Under the pieces are notes generated by a model. That model saw only the letters and a program-made list of their open reading frames with translations. It made no database searches and was not told the origin of the DNA. Positions 1 through 11,022 of a DNA stretch of 64,000 nucleotides are shown here, one piece after another; position 1 is the first letter of the stretch, and each line of letters begins with the position of its first letter. Source of the DNA: Mytilus trossulus. Taxonomy: Eukaryota. The DNA is taken from assembly GCF_036588685.1 (NCBI RefSeq), contig NC_086380.1, positions 58,528,001 through 58,592,000 of the forward strand, written 5' to 3'. The position numbers were made by a program, and so were the translations under genes.

Positions 1-1284
1 TTAAACGACGTCATTCATAATGTTTCAATATCAATGAACACCAAATGTTTGCCCAAAGTAAAAAAATCATTCTTGTAGTCAGTTAGAGCAGCTGATAGTT
101 AAATATCTGTGTATCTTTTCGTGGAATAATTTTTCAATCTACAGTCAGGAATATATAGGTCAATGAAATTTAGCATACTTGAAGAGATTCTCTCTTTTAC
201 TCTTACGGTTCTTTAAGAACACTTGACTAATATAATGATTGTTTATGTAAGAACTACACATATATAAAATAAATAAATAACAGGATTTGAATCTGAATAG
301 CATATTTGTTGTTTAAAGCACAATTGTTAAACATCAGTATAATTATAAAGAGTGTGACTTGAAACTCATTACTACGTCAGAGGTTTTGAACTGGGAACTT
401 TATAAATCAATCCGGCCAGATTTTTTGTATTCAAGGAAACTGATTCATATATTTAACTATGTTCAGCCTGTTTCCGAATTCTATTATAATTGTATATTTA
501 TTTATTCTATAATTAGTAAACTTTTGAACTTGTAACATGAATGCCAGGTACAAATATACATTTTTGCATTATTTATTAAGCAAACAGTTATATGGATATT
601 TCTTATGTGGTAAAAGTTCAATTCGGTGTCCTATTAGCGGGCCTCATGTATATTCTATAGTACGTTGATTTTATTTTTAAAAGAGACGACAATTTAGATT
701 TGTCAACTACAATATCAAGTATTTGGTGTACATTTCAGGATAAAAACAATAGATGAACATTGTCGACTAAAATAGAATTCGTTTGTTCTCGCTACAAAAC
801 AGTAGAAAATTTGGACGAGCTTAGCTTTTCGTTCTGTTTTTAACGCTCAAACACATAAAGTTTATACTTTCCGACAATAAAGGTACATATATGATGATAT
901 TTTTTATAATGACGAATTAATATGTTATGTCTAAACTATCTAGTTATCAAATTTGATAAAACCCACCATTTTCTTTGCAAAATACATGTACTAAGTCAGG
1001 AATGTGACAGCTGTTTTTCACTTATTCCGTTTGATTGAGAGCGCTACATTTTATAAGTTTTAATGGACATCGTCGAGATCTTTTTAAATTCGTCTTTAAG
1101 ATGATTTCTGTGTTGAAAATTTGTACGTCAAATCTTGGTTTTATAAATAAAACAACCCATATATTTTATATACCATTAGTATTGACCTTAAATAGTTATT
1201 AATTTGAAAAATAAAGACAATACCATATCAAACCGTTAGTTATTCTAAATTGAAAACAGTTTGTGTCTGATTGTTTTTTAACCT

Positions 1285-1357
1285 TGACCATAAGTCACAT
1301 ATAAAATAGCTTTTATAGTGACCATAAGTCACATATAAAATAGCTTTTATAGTGACC
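1285..1357 (+). repeat. Perfect 34-bp tandem duplication
   Basis: tgaccataagtcacatataaaatagcttttatag x2. Confidence 0.9.
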
Positions 1358-4300
1358 CAATATGTATAGACGACGAAAGCCATAGCAAAAGTTAAAATGA
1401 TAATTCTAGAATATGATACACAGTTGACTATTAACCTCAACTCTTAACTTGTATCTACCCCCGCATCATTGATATGCAATATCGACTTATCCTTAACCTT
1501 ATATAGCTACATTTGTTACTATTTCTATCACACTTTAGAATGTACAATTATCTACTTAATTCATATTAGCTCTTGTAATAAATAAACTCTTCATAGATAA
1601 CAGGATTAAATTTTGTAAAAGCGTGCTTAATAGATATAAGTGCCTACTAGGTATATAAATGTGTATTTTCATTAGTCAGTTCTATACATCTCGTCATACG
1701 TACTGCCATGTCACAAGTTACTTAAATATGACGTAAAAAAATAAATTTCCTTCTGGTTAATATTTTGGTGTGGTAAATATGCCAAACCTATTTCCGTTGT
1801 ACGATGCTTTTGTAGGTAAATTATTATCAACAAAATCTTGACTTCCTCATCTACACCTTTAAGGTATATATATGATTATATGATATATTACGTCGATTAT
1901 TATTTAATATTGTGTTTTATATTGGACAGGAAATCGACACTAAAGGCATACAATATGCTAGGTACACTGTTCACTGTAGTAATTAAAGTATTACATATCT
2001 GTAATTTTGGCCAATAAATGACACAATATAGATTATTTATTATAAGTTTATTTAAAGGAATGTATATGCGGAAACGGAAGATATCACTCAAGCTTTGTCA
2101 TTCCAATTCATTACATGTAAATAGTTTGGACAAGTAAGTGATTGAAATATGTGTATATATATACTCTTGTCGAATTGTTAACGACTCGAAATTGATATCT
2201 ATATATAGTATGTTTATTTTTTGTGTTCCGTTTGCTCGTTGACCTTGAAATATATTTACCACTCGTAAATTGTATGTTGGTATCGTTCATTTACAATAAC
2301 AAATAAACCATGTACAGTAGCTGTCGATGGTTTATGCCTGTCATATGTGTTTTGTTGAGCATTGTTAGTTGGAAGTTAAGGAGTTTGATTTCAAAATTAA
2401 TTGTGTCCTATTGTCCTGTCAATGTCTTTTATAGCCACTTGTACGTTATGGGTTGTTCTCATTATTTAAGGTGTAAAATTCCATCCACACTGTGATCCTA
2501 CTTACATTTAACAAAGAAGATGTTGTGAGATACGAGTTTAAGACTGCAAATATTGTATTGTGCAGATCAATCACATAGCAATCAAAAATCAAAAAGAAAA
2601 AGAAAAAAAAAAAGAAAAAAAAAGAAAAAATTGAAATTAGTAAGGATTATATCGATGATTAAACTTATCTTGATTTTTGTGTATTTTTTTTATAATCTTT
2701 GAGGTTTCGCAAAATTCTTCAAGGTAATTTATAATTAAACATGTGTAAAACAAAAATATAATACGCAATTATCTTACATGTTTTAACGGCTAAGTATGTG
2801 CATAGCGTCAACAAATTAAGAAAATAAATATAGATTTTTCTACGATACAAACAGTTTTCCAAAATAACAAAGGTTTCTTTGAACGAACACATCTATACGT
2901 GCTTAAAATGTAAGACCATATAATGCAAAATGTTTTCTCTTAAAAAATATTAAAAGGTTATAAATGTAGAAACACTATTATTCCTTCGTGTCATATAACA
3001 TGTATTTTGAATTCAGTTTATTTTTTTATGTTTATTTTGGAGTATGACTTTTGTTATTGGTGTGAATTTATCAATTTTGAATCAACTAAATGCACTTCAT
3101 CCTCTTCGTTCTGCTGTTTGTAGATGGAGATCAAAGTTCAATATATGAGTGACATAGACATGACTTATATTTTCATGTCTGACTCTGTGCATTCACTTAA
3201 TATATCACACTTATAAAAAGGTTTGTTGTCTACTCGATGAGGTTGATACATACACTATACACAAGAGGAAAAAGCTGTTGAGTAATAATAAAAGAAGACC
3301 TTTTTCTCATTGGTTGTTTATTTCTTTGTCATAGCAGCATCAATGACGTTAAATAAAAATATTGTACATCCAAAAAATAGTCTAAAAAGCAAAACATATC
3401 AAAGGATTATTTGAACTCAAACGTCGATTACAAATTGACACGGCAATCCAAATATGAAAAAAACAGTATACAATGCATAATAAATAAAAGATAGCTTGTC
3501 TCACAATTCCTAAGGTTAAGGAAAATATATGTTTTTATGAAGCGCAACAAAGCTCGATGCACTAGAATTATTACAAGAATTTCCAATATGTTGCACGCAA
3601 TACAACTGTTAAGTTTAATTTTGCATCGCATATCTAATAATAGGTGAAGAGTATAAAAGGTAACAGCAAAATACACTTTCAATATCATCGTCATAAATAA
3701 AATATTAAAATATAAACAATTTTTTTTGTGGTTTGATTTGTGGATTCATCCAACACAGAAAAGAGTAAGTGAAATAGTAGTGAATTAGTAAAAGGTATAC
3801 AAAACATAAACGAGTTCTTGGAATCTTCGCCATATTTGGTCTGAGTCGAGTATTTTAATCTCTTGTGTTTTACATTTATGACTACCCGTGGTTTGATCAT
3901 TCGATTTATTTTCTTGAGGTCAGATATGTTGTATTATTCTACGACTTACAACATGTACAATGCATACTACAATGTGTGTTTCAAATGGTGACCGTAACAT
4001 ATGTGTAATAAATGACTTCAATCGGTCTTAATAGTACATCTGCTGTAGTAATTTTATTTTTGGCAGATACGCACTTCGTGTTAACTTATTTATTACTGTA
4101 GAATGCCTTAAATAATATTGCTCAACATACTTTCAAGTGTTATACATGTAATGCAAGCAATTTCCTAATAGATAACATACATATTGACAAGTTCGCAGTA
4201 ATTATTGAAAGGAACGTTATCATTCAAATATATCATCTTTACTCTCATTGGTGCTTTCAACACCTGCTTAATGCACAGTTGATAGCTGGAATTATCTCGT

Positions 4301-5719
4301 AACAACAACTTTTGTTTACATATGTTTGTTACATATGACTTTTGACTCACCCAATCCCGAATTAATAATGTTCTTTAATCATAAGCAGGCTTTTCCGAAG
4401 TACAAACCCTGTTTTAATTAAAGATATCATTGCTTAACTCAATGGTATCATATTTTCCGCTACAGTATCCAATGTATTGCACTAATATACCAATCATCAA
4501 TACTCACAAAAAATTTCATTTTAAAAATATTGTACAATTAAAATTAATCTGTAAATTGAAATATAAAATATCAACTATACAAATATATAATTAAAAAATT
4601 CATTACAATAAATAGATAAATTAGGGTGTTAACTTCTGTTGTGGTTCCTGTCAATAATTTCAATTTTTTTTCTAAGAAATTGAAAATTTCACAAATAAAT
4701 TTTGTCAATTAAGCTATATTTTTATTCAATTATTTTTAGGGTATTTTTTGGTATTTCTAATAAAAACGTTACGAAAACAAAAGTTTTTAATTTGATAATA
4801 AATAATTAAAAAAGGAAACGTGCTTTAATTTTCATTTTGTTCAAAATACCTTATAGTGGGATATATTATGGACATAATTGTGCAAATCGTGATACAAGCA
4901 TGAAATTTGGTATAAAGGTTAACTAAATGATACTTATAAAAAATCCGCTGCTGGCCAGAAAAAATAATCATTTTTTCAAGATGGCCACCACACATTTTGA
5001 AAATGGCGTCATAACAAATTAGCCAATATTTGTTAATCCTTTGAAAGGTGTGAAATATGTAAAATCCATTGTTAGATTTGATAAAAAGAAAATGACAGTT
5101 CATTAATAACGACTAGAAAATACATTAATGAAACTTAAGGTGACTTCCGGTTTCAAAATGTCGGCTAACGAGTCAAAAATTTCGATTTTTTTTACTTTCA
5201 AGCAATTTTACAAGGGATTTTAATCCTTGAAAGATGTGTCATGTATAATTCAATGTAAAATATGATAAAACGTTAAAAAGAGCTCCTTAGTACGACAAAA
5301 CAACACATAACTGAAGACAAATAGTGGTTTCCGGTTCCAAACTAGATGCAAATACGTAAATATTATTTTAATAATTTTCATCAACTTAACAAGTTATAAC
5401 ACAAGCATGAAATACAAGCACGAAATTTGATATACAGGTGGACTAAACGATAATTAAAAAAAAACAGGTGCTGGCCATCAAAAAATTTCCATTTCTGCAA
5501 GATGGCCACCGGTCATTTGGCAAATGGCGTCATATCCAGTTGTAAATCTTTGAAAGTTGTGTTATAGGTATAATCCAATGTAAAATTTTTGAAAATGTAC
5601 TTTTTTATAATTTTCATCAACTTAACAAGTTATATCACATTCTTTGTTAAGATTAAATGCCTAGTTTGGTTAGAAAGACAGGTTCTTTATCGTAAAATTA
5701 TCGGAGAGTAGCCAATAAC

Positions 5720-6370
5720 AAAACTCGTACAAGGAAGGACAGAACGGTAGCATTTACAGTCACCAACACAACTGGATTTTTCGCCTTCTCATTTCAAAAG
5801 TTCCCGACAGGAGGATGCAACTTTAACGGTAGCCGAAGAAGTCCTCGATTTTTTTCTTTCATCCAACCCCAGTGTTCATGAATTGGTACATAAATCAGAC
5901 TGAGCCCGAACTTATCCACCTTGATACGCTGCTCTTTGGATGTGCTCCGAAAAAATGATGTTGTTCTGTCGTACATGATGCAAACAAATGTTTCTTTTAT
6001 GTCCTTGTATGTGTCTTTATACTTCAGCAAAGAAATAAGTCCGCCCCTTACATGTTGAAATACTTCCTATTTCATTCAAACTGACCTATTCCCTTAGTGT
6101 CACATGCACTGAATGTATGACTGAAAGGAAGAGTAGCTACACGAGGACCAAACGCATTTGATATATCACGTACAGGAAGCCATCAAAAGTCTTCATTCCT
6201 CCCAAAACCTATTCACAGTTTGTTCCACCATATTTTTGGAGTGCTGCAATTCTTAATACTACTACATATGTGTCGGTGCTACCTTAAATTACCGTCCTAC
6301 AACAATTTTCATAATCAGGCCGAACATGGACAAACATTCGTATATCTGCTTCTCCGTGCTTACAAGGGGT
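5720..6370 (-). pseudogene. Decayed Academ transposase C-terminal part (XPG/PIN-like nuclease and Cys-rich finger)
   Basis: Motifs resemble HEEADTR, DTDV, HAFTGCDT, WGW and a terminal Cys cluster; stops and frameshifts present. Confidence 0.7.
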
Positions 6371-7554
6371 AGCTAGAAAGTATCCTTATTTGTCTCTTCA
6401 GAAACATTTCTGTCGGCAAGATACTTGAAAAATTTCGTTTCGTTGTCATCTTCATAGAGAAAACTACTCAAGAACCCAACTTTTGTCTTCTCACATCTAA
6501 CCTTTCAATGAATCAATTAGTAAATCTAACACAATATCTACTCTTGAATACTTATCGATGCAAGATTTTATTTAAGGCCGTAAAACAAAATTGTAAAATC
6601 ATCCAATATTCCTTACAAGGTGGCCTGGAATTAACCATTGCTGCTCTATCAACGATAAATGCGTCAGAATTTGGATCTGCAAATTACAAAATGTTTCCAC
6701 TTTATCCCTTTGCACCGATTTAATACCACTGTTTAAAATGACATCCGAAGACAAAAACGGAGGAACAGTTTGTCTTTATGGATTAAGAAATATTCCAAAT
6801 CAATTTGTCCACTGCGACAAAAAATAAAAGTCTAGAAAAGATATCTAAGAGCTCTAGCTTTGTTTTTTACAAAAACGTTTACAGTCTTATTTTACCGACA
6901 TAATAGGAGTTGTTCTTTTTAATCTGGTTATAAGAAACCGGTTCCCCTTCGTTTTGTATTTGCTTCAAACGATCTTCAAATTATTTGCCTTTGATCTTTT
7001 TAAAGAAACCCTTGTGTGTTCATTAAGTCGTTCATCTATCCTAGAATGTCTCAAACAGCTAGATCTTGCAAATGTATCTGATAGTCTACTGACTTCTGGT
7101 CTAGCTACCACCAATACGTCTAAATGAGGTCTTCGGTTAAACCTATGACAACACACCGCCCTTTACAATTGCATTATTCTGTTTTTGTCTGATCGATTGT
7201 GTTATAAGAAAAAATATTTACTGGTCTTACGTACAGTAAAATTTTCATTTTCAAAATCAATTGCCACCTGTGGGTGACTTAAGAGAAGGGAAGCCATATC
7301 TCGGAGAAGGTCGGTCGCGATCGAGAATATGTTACACGAGCAAGACCTAAATGAATACAGTATCATGCTTTATATGGACTGTTTGTACAAAATCTGACTC
7401 ATGAAATAAGCATAATACCAAATTCACAAGAAGTTCTTATTTTATAATTGAACGCCAGGAATTGAACTGTGGTAGAGACTATATTTTCTTACGCCAGTAT
7501 ATCAAATCATTGAACGTCACAGAGTTATGACATGATTATAAGAACAGCCACATT

Positions 7555-7700
7555 TGAAAATGCCTGTACCAAGTCAGGAATATGACAGTTCTTGTCTATT
7601 CGTTTTTGATGCGTTTTGTTATTTGATTTTGCCATGCGCTTATGGACTTTCCGTATTGATTTTCCTCTGAGTTCAGTATTTTAGTGATTTTATTTTTTTC
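7555..7700 (+). repeat. Interspersed SINE-like repeat (gaaaatgcctgtaccaagtcaggaatatgacag...); related copies at ~960-1110, 30275-30455 and partly 41490-41600
   Basis: Shared motif in four unrelated contexts. Confidence 0.6.
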
Positions 7701-9196
7701 TGTGTGTAGCTTTCTTAAGCCGATATATACCTTTCAAGCTAAAACACATACAGTTATCTGATGCGCGTGTCTAGTCCTAGGTACATTTGAACATACATAC
7801 AAGAATATGCCGTTCTAGGTGTAGCAATAATGTGTCCATCTACCTTCACGTAATATATCACCCAGAATTTTATAACAAGTCATTTTAATTTGAAATCCAC
7901 CTTACATGACGATAAACGTATCTTCTCTGTAAAAATCAGGCAATTCCCACTAAATATCCATTACCAAAAGTGGCTGATCTGCCGTTACTGTTGATGTTTT
8001 TTTTTCCTTTTAACCACATTTTCCGTCTTATCTATCAAATACCTCATCATTGCAACTGGATTGGCTTGTTTTTAAACAGTTGCATCATAGATTTTACACT
8101 TACTTGCTTTTTAGAGTAATGAGATGAACTACGATTTATACCAGTTTGCCCTGGTAGTGCATACAAATCACTCATTATGTCTATAAATAGTTTGCGCATG
8201 CGCAAAATTGTTAAATAATGTGTGTCATAACCTTGAAAAATGTTATCAAACCAAATCATAATATCATTGAAAAACCCAAATCACTTATTTTATAGTAAAT
8301 AGTTCTAAATATTTTTTAATGAATTTTGTTACATTTTCGCGCATGCACAAACCCTGTATGTGCCAAATACACATGTCTAGTGAATTATTCACATGAAAGA
8401 AGGTAGCTACCAAACCTGACAGCCGTTTTTCACAAAAAGAAGGTAAACGAAAAGTTTTCCAGAAAAAATCAGTATTTTTAAACTGAAAAAAAACAGTCAT
8501 TTTAGAAAACGGCGTTGGCCATCTTGAAAAAATATTTTTTTTAATGGCCAGCAGTTGTTTCTTTAAAAGTATATAATAATGATGCTTTGTGGTAATTTTC
8601 ATGCTTGTATCATCATTTGCACAATTCCCTCGATTTTGCCTGCTAATATCTTCCACTATTAGTATGCATATGTGTTTCATGTCCCCGTTTTTCACTTAAA
8701 ATCGATATTCTAAAAATTTATGTTATACATAATTAATTTATAGTTTAAATATATATTTTGTTAAGCTCAAATACACTTACATATGTTGAAAACAATGATA
8801 GTACTGATACGATCTGGTAATTTCAATTTTTACGTCTTCTTCATTCAATGTTATTGGTTTTAAAAGAAGTGTTTCAATGATATGAAAGTGTTCATAATAT
8901 GTTTCTGCACACTAAAAGTAACGTCTTTTCACGGTTTTCTTGGCTTTTAATGTAAACATTAAAAAAGATATGAATCTGTTAATTATTTAGATATGTTCTA
9001 GATGCATACTTGCAAAGCAATAACTAATCGTTATAAACAAGTAAAAATTGAATGAATAGTTTAAGAAATACCAAAAAAATGTCGCTGATTTAGAAAGATG
9101 TGCAAAACTGGTGTATTAAATATGTTCTGATATTCCTCAAATGGATGCATATTTCCAAATCATTACAACAAAATATGAAACGAGTGTAAAATGTTG

Positions 9197-9620
9197 TTAT
9201 GCCCCACCTACGATCACCTACGATAGTAGATGATCATTATGTGTTCTGGTCTGTGCGTCCGTTTGTCCGTCCGTACGTTCGTACGTCCGTCTGTTTCGCT
9301 TCAGGTTAAAGTTTTTGGTCAAGGTAGTTTTTGATGAAACTTGAAACTTTTAACACATGTTCCTTATGATATAATCTTTGTTATTTTAAAGCCAAATTAG
9401 ACTTTTGTTCCAAATTTCACGGTCCACTGAACATAGAAAATGAAAGTGCGAGTTTCAGGTTTAATTTTTTGGTCAAGGTAGTTTTTGATGAAAATGAAGT
9501 CCCTATGGTATGATCTTTCTAATTTTAATGCCAAATTAGATTTTGTATTCAATTTTAGGGTTTATTGAACATGGAAAATTATAATGCGAGTGGGGCATCC
9601 GTTTAATTTGAACACATTCA
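9197..9620 (+). mobile_element. Helentron-associated (HINE/pearl-like) non-autonomous element, family 1; paralogs at 17484-17872, 26051-26479, 51290-51709, 59869-60288
   Basis: Subterminal IRs atgccccac/gtggggcat, a 5' hairpin, a (GTCC/GTTC)n microsatellite, two internal tandem core repeats and a short 3' palindrome. Confidence 0.7.
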
Positions 9621-9839
9621 TATATATTATCTTTTTGTCCTCAATCAAGCACTTCAAACACATTTCTAGAATACACAGATAATCTATCACAATTACAAAA
9701 ACAAGTCACTTACTTCATAAGATGGCCTTTAATACACGCCTCGTGTATATTGCAGAGTAAGAAGTGAGTGGCGTGCTTGAGAAAACAATAAAACTATTAA
9801 TGATAAAATTACTTAATCTTATGAGTGTATGAAGACAAG

Positions 9840-10070
9840 TTTTTTACCGGAACGAAAATGTATGTGTGGGAGGAATGATAAGGGATATCTATGTATTCTT
9901 CTTAGCATACACTATTAAAATAAAGTTCCCAATTTGTGGGACAAAGGTTAGTTAATCTGCCGTATGAGCTGTTTCAACACCCATGCAGTTATTAAATGAT
10001 TCCCAATTTATAAAAATAGAGCGCATCCGGAGAAATGCAGGGTTTAAATATTGTTCACCATCAGTTCGGT
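9840..10070 (+). promoter_or_regulatory. Putative IL-17 proximal promoter, conserved in all six copies
   Basis: TATAAAA at 10009-10015; kB-like sites aaagttccc and atgattccc; GAS-like ttaccggaa at ~9844; Inr-like tcagtt at 10061. Motif-level evidence only. Confidence 0.5.
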
Positions 10071-10139
10071 ATGCATAACAGCAACAACTAGAGACAAGAA
10101 CACAATCAGCACCAAGAAGTTCTCCAGAAAATATACAAG

Positions 10140-11022
10140 ATGAATTTAATCAATGTAAGCAACAATAGTTCAATGTTTCAATTATTCAGTTAAAAAGTGA
10201 TGTCTATATATCACGACCATTGTTTATTTTCATTCACATCTAGCATCAATAGATTAAATTCCTTAACTAATCTATAAAACTAAAAAATAGAAGTAATTTA
10301 AACCAATCTATAAAACTAAAAAATAGAAGTAATTTAAACCATTTGTTTTAATAATGAACGAATTTTTGAATTGCCTCTGCAATTGTTAATACTGTTGCGA
10401 AATCTAATAAACTTGAAACCTCAATTGAGTTTTTTCTTCATTTCATTTTCAGATCCTTAAAATTGCCAAAGTATACATTACATATTGTTTCGTGTTCGTC
10501 AATAGTGCACCAACATGTGCAGACCCTGAAGACGTACAGGCTAAATTAAACAGTATAAACGGAGGAGTAGATTACAGGACATTATTTTTCACTGACGGCT
10601 GGAAACCAGACACGATGGTCAGTGATTTTGAAAATCTGGTATCTCTAAGGAAGGATATGACAAAGATCGGTTGTCCTTCAACCTTTTTAGAAGGATTTGA
10701 TCTCCCATTAATGGCACGTACATCATGCCCTTGGTTTTTGGAACAAACGCCATACAATGCTGAAACATATCCCCATACACTCTATAGAGCTGCTACCAAA
10801 TGTGATAAATGTATAGATGCTTCTGGCGATCAAAAATGTTCACCAATTCAACGGAAAATCAAGATATTACGAAGAACTGGTTGTGACAATGGGCTTTATC
10901 AATATGAAGTCTCAGAGAAATATATCCCAATAGCCTATGTATGTGAAAAGCAAAGAGAGGTCGAACATGATGCTCCAATAATCCCTGCCCTACCACCAGC
11001 TGATGGACCAGACGGAATGTAA
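10140..11022 (+). CDS. IL17: IL-17-family cytokine, copy 1 (type A); exon 1 CDS 10140-10154, intron 10155-10452, exon 2 10453-11022; 194 aa
   Basis: ATG AAT TTA ATC AAT|gtaagc donor; tttcattttcag|ATC acceptor in frame with the 176-aa ORF. Hydrophobic leader MNLINILKIAKVYITYCFVFVNS-AP. IL-17 motifs RTSCPW, YPHTLYRA, KCDKC, CSPI, ILRRTGC, IAYVC. Confidence 0.9.
10265..10340 (+). repeat. 36-bp tandem duplication in the IL-17 intron (copies 1, 3, 4, 5; single unit in copies 2 and 6)
   Basis: aac(t/c)aatctataaaactaaaaaatagaagtaattta x2; intron lengths 298 vs 263 nt. Confidence 0.9.

Larger units (their letters stand above)
4854..8658 (-). mobile_element. Academ-superfamily DNA transposon (XPG/Cys-finger type), internally deleted and decayed
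   Basis: Termini TAGTGGGATATATTA / TAATATCTTCCACTA; imperfect TIRs of ~150 bp; TTA on both flanks (4851-4853, 8659-8661). Minus-strand remnants PCKHGEADIRMFVHV..STDTYVVVL, HTFSACDT, HWGW, KSSCVGDCKCYRSVLPCT. Confidence 0.75.

Noticed and set aside
1285-1357. Short direct repeats as a possible CRISPR array
   Set aside because: Two adjacent units with no spacers, eukaryotic context, no cas genes.
8285-8695. 136-aa minus-strand ORF
   Set aside because: Runs across the Academ terminal inverted repeat; no recognisable domain.
10572-10757. Antisense 61-aa and 76-aa ORFs over the IL-17 exon
   Set aside because: Shadow frames of the real CDS.
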